Below, one piece after another: positions 43,667 to 55,298 of a DNA stretch of 64,000 nt. Where the stretch lies: positions 96,001 through 160,000 of the forward strand of contig CAWJBB010000087.1 of NCBI GenBank assembly GCA_963840855.1, in the 5' to 3' direction. Every line of letters begins with the position of its first letter. Positions within the stretch are counted from its first letter, which is position 1. Under the pieces are notes generated by a model. That model saw only the letters and a program-made list of their open reading frames with translations. It was not told the DNA's origin and did no database searches. This stretch comes from an uncultured delta proteobacterium (GTDB lineage: Bacteria; Desulfobacterota; Binatia; UBA9968). The translations under genes and the position numbers were made by a program.

Positions 43667-44857
43667 ATGAGGGACAACATGCGCGGCGCGGCCGCTATCG
43701 TCGGGATTGGCGAGCTGAAGCCAGAGCGGACGCGGCCGGGCCGCGATGCGATGAGCTTGCTGGCTGAGGCGGCGTATCTTGCGATTCAAGATGCTGGGCT
43801 GACAAAAGCGGACATCGACGGGATGATCCTGGAAGAGGGCATGACCCCGACCGGGAGCGGCTACAACCCGAAGATGGCCGAATACATGGGCATCTACCCA
43901 ACTTTCGCCACCGGCTGTGATGCGCAAGGCGCGGCCGGAGTCACGATGGCGCTGCAGGCGGCTGCCTACATCAACGCGGGCTTGTGTGACTACGTGCTCT
44001 GCGGCATGAGTGCCGCGATAGACGGCTCGCGGCCCCGACGCCCAGCTGGGCCAGGTCACACGGAGACGGCTACCTCTGAGTTCTCCGCACCCTTCGGCCC
44101 AACCGTGGGGGCGAACGGCTGGTACGCCATGATTGCCAAGCGCTACGAGAAGCTGTACGGCGCTACCGTGGAGAAGCGCGCCAAGATCAGCGTGGACCTG
44201 CGCTACAACGCCAACCACAATCCGATGGCCATCTGGCACGACGTGCCGATTACGGTCGACGACGTGGTTAACTCGCGCATCGTGGCAGATCCACTTCATT
44301 TATTGGAATGCGTCATGCCCTGCGCCGGGGCTTGCGCGTTCATCGTGACCCGGGCGGACATCGCGCGAGGTATGCGCCATAAGCCAGCCTACGTGCTCGG
44401 CGGCGCCAACGGCGTGTCGCGCGGCAACCTCACGCACGTCGGCGAGATCACCATCTCCCCAGTGGGTCGGGCCGCGCGAAAAGCGTTCGCCATGTCGGGC
44501 TACGGCCCGTCCGATGTCCAGGTTATGGAGATTTACGACTCATTCACCATCACCGTGATGTGTGAGCTGGAAGAGTCCGGCTTCTGCCCGAAGGGCACCG
44601 CTGGGGACTGGGTTCAGGAGCACGATTTGACCTTTAAAGGCGATAAGCCACTGAACACGCATGGCGGCCAGCTCTCCTATGGCCAGGCGTCAACCGCGGG
44701 TGGCTGTGCCCAGGTCACCGAGGCGGTGCGCCAGATCCGTCGCGACGCCGGCGAGCACCAGGTACCGGGTCCTACCGATTTGGTCTACGTGACAGGCTCC
44801 GGCGGCACCTTCTCCCAGCAGTCGGCGCTGCTGCTAGCGAGCGGCGCAGCACTGTAG
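43667..44857 (+). CDS. SCP2-type/Ltp2-like thiolase family protein
   Basis: AIVGIGE, PLHLLEC, EIYDSFT, LNTHGGQLS.G, EAVRQ.R. Confidence 0.9.
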   Translation: MRDNMRGAAAIVGIGELKPERTRPGRDAMSLLAEAAYLAIQDAGLTKADIDGMILEEGMTPTGSGYNPKMAEYMGIYPTFATGCDAQGAAGVTMALQAAAYINAGLCDYVLCGMSAAIDGSRPRRPAGPGHTETATSEFSAPFGPTVGANGWYAMIAKRYEKLYGATVEKRAKISVDLRYNANHNPMAIWHDVPITVDDVVNSRIVADPLHLLECVMPCAGACAFIVTRADIARGMRHKPAYVLGGANGVSRGNLTHVGEITISPVGRAARKAFAMSGYGPSDVQVMEIYDSFTITVMCELEESGFCPKGTAGDWVQEHDLTFKGDKPLNTHGGQLSYGQASTAGGCAQVTEAVRQIRRDAGEHQVPGPTDLVYVTGSGGTFSQQSALLLASGAAL

Positions 44858-44894
44858 GGCCGCACTCCTGTCATGCTCGAGGAGGAGAACCGTT

Positions 44895-45935
44895 ATGGAA
44901 AATATCGCACTGGACGTTCACAAGACTACACATGGGCACGAGTAGAGAATACCAAAGGAGACCGCTTGTACGAGTGTCGATTGGCGCATGCTCATGGAAC
45001 GATCAAGAACTTTGTTAAACGATGGAGTGCAGGATCTCCTGTGGCCGTGGAGACGGTGGGGAACTGGTACTGGGTGGTCGATGAGATCGAAGCCGGAGGA
45101 GGAAAGCCGCAACTGGTCAACGCGCGGTTGGCGAAGCTGATGATGGGCAACGTCAACAAGAGCGACAAGCTGGATGCTAAAGGGATGAACCATCTGCAAA
45201 GAAACGGCACTTTGCCGACGGTGTGGATCCCGCCCTCTTCGGTTCGTGATGCCCGCGAGCTCCCACGCACCCGTATGGTGCTGAGCCGGCAGCGCACCCA
45301 ACTTAAAAACCGCGTGCATGCCACGTTGGGCAAGTACGGATATGTCGTGGAGGAGGTCAGTGATGCCTTTGGCAAGCGCGGCCGTGAGATCGTTATGGAA
45401 CTTTCCACTAAGCTTCCCTCTCATACCCAACAGGCTTTGCAACGCGTACTGAATCAACTGGATCACCTGGTCGAGAATCTCAAAGCGATCGAAGCCGAAA
45501 TGATCAAGGTTTTTGTTCCCTGTCCCCAGACCACCTGGCTCAAGACTCTGCCTGGAGTGGGCGAGATCCTGGCGGTGGTGATTTGGACCGAGCTCGGAAC
45601 CATCGAGCGCTTCAGCCGTGCCGAGCAACTGGCGAGCTACTGCGGCTTGGTGGCGCGCGAGCACTCCAGCGGCGGCAAGATTCCGTTATGGGGCGGTGCG
45701 CCGCGACGTCAATGTGTATCTGAAGTGGGCCTTTGTCGAGGCGGCCAATAGCTCGATCCTTAATTGCGCGCGTTGTCAGTACAACCATATCAGCCAGCTT
45801 TACCAACGGATCAAAGCCCGCCGAGGTCACGGCAAGGCCAAGGTGGCGGTGGCGCGCCATCTTTCGGAAGCCAGTTTTTGGATGCTTAAGAAGGGAGAGC
45901 CCTATCGGGAACCGGTGTCGTCCACGCAACGCTAA
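44895..45935 (+). CDS. IS110-family transposase/recombinase, frameshifted
   Basis: ALDVHK, VAVETVGNW, KSDKLDA, LPGVG, ASYCGL....SSGGK, YLKWAFVEAA. Confidence 0.9.
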
Positions 45936-45939
45936 GCGC

Positions 45940-46110
45940 GCGGAACCCATGGGTCCATCGAGACCCGTAACCTGATTGCGACAGCGTTGTGAAATAATAT
46001 TCTGCCGCTTTAGACGGCGAATAGATGAGTCCGATAACAACGGGTACGAGTTACGGATGACCGGGATAGGTTTGCTCAAGAACATTTTAGGAGTACTCGA
46101 AGCGAAAATT
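45940..46110 (+). ncRNA. Candidate IS110 bridge/seek RNA
   Basis: Nested stems (ccgtaac/gttacgg, cgttgt/acaacg, tattctgccg/cggcgaata); internal ATAGATGAG at 46021-46029 identical to the element end at 46134-46142. Confidence 0.55.
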
Positions 46111-46199
46111 ACAGCCACCTTGACAAAGCTTTCATAGATGAGCCCGCGGGCGAAGCATCCGTAAACCCGAAAAGCCCCAAACACGAAGGAGTCACCGAG

Positions 46200-46631
46200 A
46201 TGGCCACTACAAGCGAGTACAAGAAGCCTCTTCCTACCCCATCCCACGTCAGCCAGCCATTCTGGGATGCTGCGAAGGAACATCGCCTCACCTACCAACG
46301 CTGCACCGCATGTGGAACCCGGGTTTTCTACCCGCGCGACGTCTGCCCCGGGCCCGAGTGCTTCGGTGTTGGGACGTTGGAGTGGGTCGAGTCTAGCGGG
46401 AAGGGTTGGGTCTACGCTTCCTCGATCTCTTACCAGCCGGCCCACCCGGCGTTCGCTGACGACGTGCCCTACGTGCTCGCCATCATCGAGCTGGACGAGG
46501 GCGTGCGCATGCACAGCAATGTGGTCGGGATCGATCCGAAAGAAGTCGAGATCGGCATGCGCGTCGAAGTCGTCTGGGACGAGGTCACGCCCGAGTTCAG
46601 CCTACCGAAGTTCCGCCCAATCCAGAAGTAA
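46200..46631 (+). CDS. DUF35/ChsH2-like Zn-ribbon and OB-fold protein (thiolase partner)
   Basis: PFWDAA, QRC..CG...YPR..CP..C, PYV.AIIELDEG, IGMRV. Confidence 0.92.
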   Translation: MATTSEYKKPLPTPSHVSQPFWDAAKEHRLTYQRCTACGTRVFYPRDVCPGPECFGVGTLEWVESSGKGWVYASSISYQPAHPAFADDVPYVLAIIELDEGVRMHSNVVGIDPKEVEIGMRVEVVWDEVTPEFSLPKFRPIQK

Positions 46632-46644
46632 TAGCCCGTAAGGG

Positions 46645-47235
46645 TCATGTCTTGGGGTCAAGTTGAGCTAGCTCCAAGACTTCCATGATGTGGCTGTTCC
46701 ACTTGATCCAGCCGAACAGTTGAACTCTGGTGCCCGCCGCCGGTAAGCCATTGCTTCGTGGTTGGCTGAAACGACACCACAGCTCTCGTTGTTCTTCCAA
46801 CCCGACGCAAAAAAATCCAGTGTCAGGATAAATTTCCTTCAGTTCGCCCTCATAAGAGACAGCCAGGCCGAATCGGCGCCAGAGCAATTTGACATAGAGG
46901 TCTGGCGCGTTATCGGCCGCCACCGGAGCGCCGCCGGCCGCATCTGTGTCGGTGGCTAACCAATAGCCTTGAATTCGATCGACTATGACCAAGGTCTCCC
47001 GCGGCAGACCGACGCCGTTGTACACTGATGCACCGGCAAAATTCAATTTTTTGAGATAGGCGACATCGTCAATCTGTTCGACGACCAGATCGAGGCTGCC
47101 GCGGCCGCGCCGTCCGGCCAGGAGGCGCAATCCGTCGAGCAGGGGTTCCGGCAATGGCGTATTGAAATAGGCGATCGTGTGGTCGGCCGATTCTAATCTG
47201 GCAACGAGGTCGCTTAGCGATATTCGCGGATTCAT
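46645..47235 (-). CDS. Hypothetical protein
   Basis: Open frame with normal composition; possibly a degenerate PLD-like domain plus a beta-rich C-terminus. Confidence 0.55.
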   Translation of the reverse strand: MNPRISLSDLVARLESADHTIAYFNTPLPEPLLDGLRLLAGRRGRGSLDLVVEQIDDVAYLKKLNFAGASVYNGVGLPRETLVIVDRIQGYWLATDTDAAGGAPVAADNAPDLYVKLLWRRFGLAVSYEGELKEIYPDTGFFCVGLEEQRELWCRFSQPRSNGLPAAGTRVQLFGWIKWNSHIMEVLELAQLDPKT

Positions 47236-47471
47236 CTTCGTTCGGTCTAATATTGCAATCGACGAGGGATTCTCGCTCGCGCCGCAAACCGGCGCAGTCA
47301 TATGCAGCAATTCGGAAATTTGCTCGAAGTAGCCACGCTCGAACTTTGAAGTTGGAACTTTTGAACCGCCGATAGGCCTTGAGCCGCGCGAGTTGCTGGA
47401 ACGAAACGTCTGGAACAGGATTGAACCGCAGATTCTTCCAAATAGCCAATATCATGTCTGACTCCAAAGCG

Positions 47472-49021
47472 TTACTCGGCCGGCTTTTTCGACCGCGTGG
47501 CTGCGCGCGCCGGTGGCTTTTTCGGAGTCGCCTTTCGCGGCACACGCGCTGCCACAGGTGCAGCGGCCGCGACGCGGCTGCGCAGACGTCTCGGCTTGGT
47601 GCTATCGAGGGGCTCGGCCATCGTGTCGGTCGGGATCGGCTCGACATTGAACCGATCCTCCTCGGCCTGTTCTTCCAGCTCGAATCGGTCCTTAGCTTCG
47701 ACGGGTTGCGTATCCAGCGAGTCTAAACGCCCGGCTTCGGGTTCAGCTTTCGTCACTTCTTGGGATGGGTCGATCGCGGGCGACGGTCCGGTCTGCTGCA
47801 ACGCCGGCCCCTTCAACACGCGCAGGCCTCCTCGACGAGATCCCGCTCGAGTCGCACGAGGCCCTCGCGCTGACCTGCGCGCAGCAGATCGAGCAGCCCC
47901 ATGAACCCGTATCGCCGCTCGTCGAATCCGCCCTCGGCGGCTCGTAAAAGCTGCTTGAAATTGCGCAAGTACATCGGCCACCGTGCCGTCGTGGCAGCGG
48001 TCAGGATCTGGCCCAGCGGACCGGACCCCGTCAGCCTGATCGCCCTTCGGCACGACTGGTGCCTCGACCGGGGCGCGCTGGGACGCCTGCACGGCCTCGG
48101 CCATCACCGCCCGCGGCTCGGTCTCGGCCGCCGGGCGCACCTGCATGACCTTCGTCGCCGGTCTCTGCGACGGCGACGGGCCGGCTCGCCACGACAGCGG
48201 TCGAAGAGCCGCTTTCGTCGAAATTTTCGTTCAGCTCAACCATAACGCTTCGACCGGCGTGCTTTAGCTGGACGAGACCCGATTGCGCCACCTTCTCGAC
48301 GAAATCGAGGAACGACGACGTACCATACGTCCGCTCGGAGAAAGTCGAGTCAAGCTGGAGCAGCGTGCTCTTGAGCAGGCCGATCTGCGGCGAGACTTCG
48401 CGCTCGGACAGGATCTTCAGCGCGCGCCGCACAATGGGGAACGCCTGCGCGATGGGCGCGGAGGCGGCGGGCACTGCCGGACGCCCGCTCCTGGCGACCC
48501 GGCGGCGGCCTCCCGTCAGGTTCTCATAGGCGATGAACTCGTGGCAGTTGCGCTGGAGGATAGTGCTGGTGAACGCTCGGCCGCCGACGACGAACACTTT
48601 CTTATCGTATTGCTTGAGCTTTTCGACAAGCGAGAGGAAGTCGCTGTCGCCGCCGACGATCACGTACGCGTTGATATGCGGGTGCGTGAAGACCATTTCG
48701 AGGGCATCGAGCGCCAGGTTGATGTCGGCCCCGTTCTTGTCGCCGCCAGGGCATGAGGTTGCGCTGTACCAGGCGGATGGCGTGCTGCGTGAGATGCCGG
48801 CTGTATTCGCCCGCGCGCGTCCAGTCGGCGTAGGCGATCTTGGTGACCACCTCGCCGCGCTCCTTTAAGGCGTCGAGGATGGCGCCGACGTCGAAATTTT
48901 CACCAAGCGTCGATTTGACGCCAATCTCGACGTTGTCGAAGTCGATGAACACCGCGATGTTGAGACGGTCCTGATTGGGCAAGGGAACTTCCTTTTCGTT
49001 TCTACTACCGACAGCTGCCAT
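47472..49021 (-). CDS. NYN (LabA/DUF88) domain protein with OST-HTH/LOTUS domain and low-complexity tail, frameshifted
   Basis: AVFIDFDN, AYADW, KNGADI.LALDA, GGDSDF..LV.KLK, CHEFI.Y, LDSTFSE..YG..SF. Confidence 0.88.
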
Positions 49022-49840
49022 TTCCGCCCCGCCCGGCCACCCGGTGCGATGTATCGAAAATTTAAGCCACCTGCGTTCTGACCTAAAATTTATCGCTCAA
49101 CGAGCGAGGATGTCGATCGTCGTAGGAGGAAAATTCGCGGAGAGAGTCACGCGGTCTGGCCGCCACTTGGAAGATCAGGACGTTGCCGAATTCGAGTTTG
49201 AAAAGCTGCAATCTTGAAAGGGGTTAGCGCTTCTCTCGTTTGAAGATGGAGCGTCCTTGGCAATGAAAACGGGCGAAGAATCAGATAGCAAACAACTAAA
49301 TCCCAACACCATGCCCGTGCCGAAAACCGTGGGCGTGACGATGGCGCGAGCCGGCGGGCGGTGGAGCTTTGCGGCGCCGTGACGCCTAGCGGTTGGCATT
49401 CAGCGGGGTCCGTACTCGACGGGATCGGACGAATGAAAAGCGGGACAAATCGCTGTGGCGGCCCATAATCGAGCGCTAGATGTCAAGATTCAAAATTTGA
49501 CCCTAATCACCACTCCTTCGACCTATCCGCCCCGATGGATCCGATGGCAATGTGGCGATGCAGAATAAGTCATAACTCAAGCCAGACCCTTAGCTTCACT
49601 TTATTCGACGCAAGCTAACCGGCTCACTCCCGCGCGCACCGCAACTCCGCAGCGATGATGTCGTCCCTTGACAGCAAGAGTCAAGATTTGACCCTTTACA
49701 TCCCCTGGTTAGCAGAGGGGGGAGACTTTTGTATTTCAACTTTTTGTCAACTGTTGTGATTTAAAAGTGACCCGAGCAGTCTCGTTTAAACTGAGAGAAG
49801 TCTATAGGTGTTAGCTTTTACTCTGGCTCCCCCGCACAAA

Positions 49841-49942
49841 AAGATTGTATGGTGAGCGTGATGCGGCGCAAGAAAAGCATATCGCCGGCGGTGATCGAAC
49901 AAATTCTCTGCGACAACCCCGCGACGCTTCTACGGACTGTAG
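49841..49942 (+). repeat. Direct repeat copy 2 of the amidohydrolase 3' end
   Basis: Near-identical to 41817-41917, ending in TAG instead of TGA. Confidence 0.88.
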
Positions 49943-50418
49943 CGGGAGATTTGTCTTTTCGTGTTTAAGCGAACCGTTTAACTCTAGAGTGGCGACGATA
50001 CCGACCAAGTAGGAGAATCAAGGGGAGCCAACTCAGACTTCATTTCTATACTTCGTTTCAAGATAGTCATGATATAAAAGTCTGCCCCTTGATCCTTTAC
50101 TCTCAAGTGGCCCAGAATGTTTGAGGGAGGATTCCGGGCAAGCTGCGCGGGAATTGGTTAAATGTCAAGAAAGACGTGCCCCCCTACCTTTTCGTACTGC
50201 GAGCGCTATAACCGCATCCATTTGACTCACCAGCGATAAGCCGCAGAAGCCGACGATATGGCAGGAAAATGTGATGTCCAACGATCCCAATCGGCTATAC
50301 TACGTATATGCAAAAACGCCCAAGGCTTTCGCTTGTATCAGTACCTCACTTATTGACAATTCGGTGGATAGATGAGTAGGCATATGCCATAGTGCGTCCT
50401 ATACGGATTACGAGAACT

Positions 50419-51398
50419 ATGGCAAAAGCCGAACAAATTATCGAATTGCTTAAGAGTCACGTCGCCGGTGACGATCATCGTTTTTTCGCTATAGCCATGC
50501 AGGTTGCTGCGCATGAAGCACAGCAAGGGCACGAAAAATTAGCCCAAGAACTCAAAGCGTTGATTGATAAAGCGAAGGAAAAGCAATCCGCCATTACGAA
50601 CAAAGCTTCCGTCACAAATCTTATCCAGCCCAAAGGGGATCTGGCGAATCTGCTCTCGGCCGAATATACGGACATTACCTTCGCACGCCTGACCTTTTCG
50701 GCCGCTCTCACAAGACGATTCAAGCGTATCATTCGTGAGCAATTGCAGCACCAGGCGCTCTCTCGGCACGGACTTAAACCCCGAAGGAAAATTCTTCTCT
50801 ATGGCCCTCCCGGCACCGGCAAAACAATAACTGCTTCAGCACTGGCAGGAGAATTACATCTCCCGTTGTTTACGATTCGGCTGGACGGTCTCATCACCAA
50901 ATTCATGGGGGAAACCGCCACCAAACTCCGCTTGATCTTTGACGCGATGAAAACAACTCGCGCGGTATATTTCTTTGATGAATTCGACGCTATCGGCGGA
51001 GCCAGACACCTAGGCAATGATGTCGGTGAAATACGTCGTGTGCTCAATTCTTATTTGCAGTTCATGGAACAGGATCAATCAGACAGTATTATTCTGGCGG
51101 CTACAAATTTTGTAAAACTGCTGATACTCCTCTCTTTAGGCGTTTTGACGATGTCATTGAATACGGCTTGCCTGACAAGGATCAAATTGAACGTGTTATT
51201 CGTAATCGTTTGCACGCCTTCACGCTGACACCGATCGACTGGCAGGGCGTCGTTTTGGAAGCTGAGGGGTTAAGCCATGCGGAACTAACCCGCGCTAGCG
51301 ATGAGGCGGCTAAGGAGTCGATCCTATCCGGGTTAGAAGCTGTTTCTCAGCAATTACTCTTGGACGCGATTCAGGAAAGAAAACATGCTGGTGCTTGA
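50419..51398 (+). CDS. ietA: IetA-like AAA+ ATPase, frameshift near 51125
   Basis: MAKAEQIIELLKSH, AMQVAAHEA, GPPGTGKT, KFMGET, FDEFDAIG, GLSHAEL. Confidence 0.85.
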
Positions 51399-53896
51399 AT
51401 GCCGCCTCGCACACAATTGCCGCACATACAGCTGCCCGGCACCATCGAGCGGACTGATTTCTCTCCCATAACAAGACCGCCCGGCGACAAACCACCGCTA
51501 ACAGCTAGGCAACAGCGTTATCTCCACGCCAACACACTGACAGAAGAACTCGCTATGGCTGTGCAGCAGCGTATCGAGATGATTCAGCGCCTGCGCATCC
51601 CCGATCAAGAAATAGTACCGGGCGTCTGCTTGGATATTGAGGGATCAGCAGCCAATCGGCTCGATCTCGATGCATTAGAAAATAGATCCTCGCCGAAATT
51701 TCCTATTGAACTCTTGAATGTGCGGGTAACCGACGGCAACTTGAAAGCCACCATTTTCGTGCCCGAAAAGCGGCTTGAATCACTTAGAGCCAGGATTACT
51801 AAGTATGGCGATGAATCAGCTGACCCAAGAGGGAACAAAAGGCTTGACTATCTCTATCGACTCGATCGAGGCTCTAAAATTAGCCGATCTAAATTCCTTT
51901 TGGATGGAAAACACTGAACTGCCGATTGATAAAAACCACGCCTACGTTTGGGAGGCTTGGCTTAGAAAAGGTGCTGTCGGTGCGCTAAGAAACAAGGAAA
52001 GATGCCTTAGGCATCAAAGTTTCCGCACATTCGCTCAATTTCCATGAATGTGAAATCTGCTTACTAACATCGTCACTAAATACATTGGCTATGCTGCAAA
52101 TCGCGGCGGCGCCACTAGTAGCATTCCGTCATCGAGAAGAAGCGCCGAGTTTTTTCACCAGCCTTTCACCGGCAGACCAAGCGGACTGGGCAGACAATTT
52201 ACAAGCGCGCTTGCAATCAGCGCCGCAAGATGCCCCAGCAGTATGCGTGTTGGATACCGGCGTGCTGAATTCAAATAGGCTGTTGGCCTCGTCTTTAGCG
52301 GATACTGATTGCGATACTTACGATACAGCGTGGGGCAAGGATGATTCTCATGGTCATGGTACAGAGATCGCCGGACTCGCATTGCTTGGGGATTTAACGC
52401 CTCTGCTGGTCGATAGTGAATCCGTGACGCTTAAGCACCGCCTCGAGTCAGTGAAGAATTGCCGGTATCGGGACAGAACCCCGAGGAACTATACGGCTGG
52501 ATTACACAGGAAAGCGTTTCGCGCGCTAAAATCAATGCGCCACGGCGCAAGCGCGTACTCTGTGTTGCGGTCACAAACCCGGGTAAAAATACGAACGGCA
52601 GGCCGACCGCTTGGTCTGCGACGATTGATAAGCTCAGTATGGGCGTGGGCGCTGGTTCGGACTTTCCTATCGATGATGAGGATAAAGAAGCTCTTTTTCG
52701 TATCCGTCGGCAACATTCGCGATAATCTACGGCATGGCGAATATTCAGCAAGGAATGATGTTGAGCCGGTCGAAAATCCGGCGCAATCATAGAATGCCTT
52801 AAGCGTCGGTGGTGCCACCTTCACAACCTTTAGCGAAGAAAGAGAGTTGGATCGTTGGAGTCTGGTCGCCGGTAGGGGGGACATTTCCCCCACCAGCCGA
52901 ACGTCCGTAGCCTGGGACGAAAAGGATTGGCCGATCAAGCCGGATATTGTCCTTGAAGGTGGAAATTGTGTTTCCGATGGTAGCCTAGTCTCGCATGATG
53001 CAGATCTCGGCTTATTGACTACTGGGCGCGATATACCGCTGATCTATACCTGCGAAACCAGCGCCGCTACTGCCCAGGGGGCGCGCATGGCTGCTACACT
53101 GCAAGCCGAGTATCCTGACTACTGGCCGGAGACAATTCGGGGATTGCTAATACACAGCGCTCGGTGGAATAACGCAATGTTCCGCAATCAGCGACTTAAC
53201 CAAATGCGGGCCGAGGATAAAAAGAAAATCTCCTCCGGCGATTTGGCTATGGTGTGCCTGATTTTGGGATTGCTCAATATAGTGCATCCAATAGGGCTTG
53301 TTTGATTTCGCAGCACCATATACAGCCATTTACCTGTGGAGATGATGAGAGAAACGCTGGGTATATGGATATGAATATCCATACGCTGCCCTGGCCTTCC
53401 GAATATTTGAAAGAAAATGGCACGGTCAAGGTATGGCTGCGGGTTACGCTCTCCTATTTCATTGAACCCAACCCAGCGGAAAGATTGCCGACGCAAAAAT
53501 ATAGTTACGCTTCGCATCGGCTGAAATTCGAGTTGCAGCGCCCACTCGAAACTTCTGATATTTTACGCCAACGAATGAATAAAAGGGACAGGCCAGAAGG
53601 AATTAAATTTAAATCCGTCGATAGCACGAACAATTGGCTCCTAGGCCCGAATAGTCGCAACAAGGGTTCTATAGTTTCTGACGTTTGGATATGCACGGCA
53701 GCGGAATTGGCAGATCAAAACACCATCGTCATCATACCAGAAGGAGGCTGGTGGAAGTATCGCAAGCATCTTAAACGCGGCAATGAAAAAGGCGCGTTAC
53801 TCCTTGATAGTTACACTTGAAACCGAAAATCAGGAACTCGATATCTACACTAGAATTCAAAACGTCATTGCTGCGCCCACGGTAATAACGACTTAA
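51399..53896 (+). CDS. ietS: IetS-like S8 subtilase protease, frameshifted
   Basis: VCVLDTG, HGHGTEIAG, SVGN, PIKPDIVLEGGN, ETSAA, WPETIRGLLIHSA, VTLSYFIEPNP. Confidence 0.87.
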
Positions 53897-53954
53897 CCTT
53901 ACTCCTTAACAAGCTGAGGGAATAAGTTGAGGGTCAATGCGACCCCAATTGCTC

Positions 53955-54123
53955 CTTCGACATCGACGTAGAGCGCGACAAGCGGCGCGGGCGCACGCCG
54001 GGCTCGCCCCAGCGTAAGGAGTTTCCCTTCTTGACCGGCCAGCCGGAGGATATCCGGCAAGCCTTCCGCCGCGCGATGGGTATCGACGCCGAAGTGCCGC
54101 GCGACGTTCGCTCGCCCGGCTAA
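53955..54123 (+). pseudogene. Orphan 3' gene remnant of unknown family
   Basis: GC-rich frame FDIDVERDKRRGRTPGSPQRKEFPFLTG...RSPG* begins abruptly after the island edge. Confidence 0.35.
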
Positions 54124-54142
54124 ACTACGTCGAGTTCCTCGA

Positions 54143-54928
54143 TCAGACTGCCGCCAGATTCTTGCTCACATCCGGCCACGGATCGGGCATCTTTTCGTAG
54201 CGCTGCCAATCCTGCGGGCGCAACCATTGGGTAAACGCCTTATCGTAGGACGGGCGCGCTTTGGCGCGCTCCCACCACGCTGTGATGCCGGGCTTGTGAT
54301 CCCACAGGCGCGCGAGCCGCAACATCTCCAGACGCATCATGTAGGGAATGGCGGCGATGTCGGCCAGCGAATAGTCCGGGCCGGCGAGCCAGGCGGATTT
54401 TTCCGTCGACTCTTCGATCCACTTGAGCAACTTCATGAAGCTCTTGGTCGCTTCCTTCCCTGCCGGCGATCCAATGCCTTCCTCGACGCCGGCGCGCTTG
54501 TACTCGGCCTGGCGCTGCAGCGGCATCTTGGCATACTGCTCGGAGCGTTGTTCAGGAGTCAAGCCGGCGAAGCGGCCGCGGTTGGCCGTTGCAAACGTAT
54601 AGACGATGCACGCCGGATGGATGTATTCGTCCATGAGCTTTTTGAAAAGATGGGCGCGCGTCCGGTCGAGCGGCGCGCGCGGCATCAGCGGCGGATCGGG
54701 AAAGAGATCGTCGAGGTAGTGGATGATCACGGTGGACTCGACGATGATCGTGCCGTCGTGTACCAGCGTCGGCACCACGCCGTTGGGATTGATCTTCAAA
54801 TACTCCGGGGTGAGATGATCGCCGTTCAACTCAAGCAGGTGGCTCTGCCACTCAAGCCCCTTTTCTGCGAGAGTGAGCCGCACCTTCTGCGCGCACACCG
54901 AAGTGGTGCCATGATAAAGCTCCAGCAT
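54143..54928 (-). CDS. Glutathione S-transferase family protein
   Basis: SVCAQKVR..L.EK, INPNGVVPTL, ES.VI..YL, YSLADI. Confidence 0.92.
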   Translation of the reverse strand: MLELYHGTTSVCAQKVRLTLAEKGLEWQSHLLELNGDHLTPEYLKINPNGVVPTLVHDGTIIVESTVIIHYLDDLFPDPPLMPRAPLDRTRAHLFKKLMDEYIHPACIVYTFATANRGRFAGLTPEQRSEQYAKMPLQRQAEYKRAGVEEGIGSPAGKEATKSFMKLLKWIEESTEKSAWLAGPDYSLADIAAIPYMMRLEMLRLARLWDHKPGITAWWERAKARPSYDKAFTQWLRPQDWQRYEKMPDPWPDVSKNLAAV

Positions 54929-55298
54929 GATTCCTCCCGATTCATCTAACCACGAGGCGATGCATGAGCTTACGTTACAGCGAAAATGAAAACCATAGAG
55001 ATCATTCGCGGCTTGTCGGATCCAAATAGGTCATTCGCACGACAACGGGTTACCCGCAGTTCGTGACGCGGCGGGTCTTGGCCACGAGTGTGGGCGGACA
55101 TCGGGGACCGCTCAACCTGACCCCATGTGTGATCCGCAATGCCTTGGTGCTCGGCACAGAGCTTTCCGTCAGTTGTTAGCTCCGCGTGAGCATCGCAAGC
55201 CCCCGCCTTCTGGAACGAAGGCACAGTATAAAAGTTTCTCATTTTCCGATAAGACAAGAGGTCAGATGTTCGAGCGAGCGGTAAGGTTACGGAGACGT

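Larger units (their letters stand above)
44869..46140 (+). mobile_element. IS110-family element 2, inserted between the thiolase and DUF35 genes
   Basis: Recombinase gene, structured 3' non-coding region, TTGACA at 46120-46125, candidate TG core at both ends. Confidence 0.78.
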
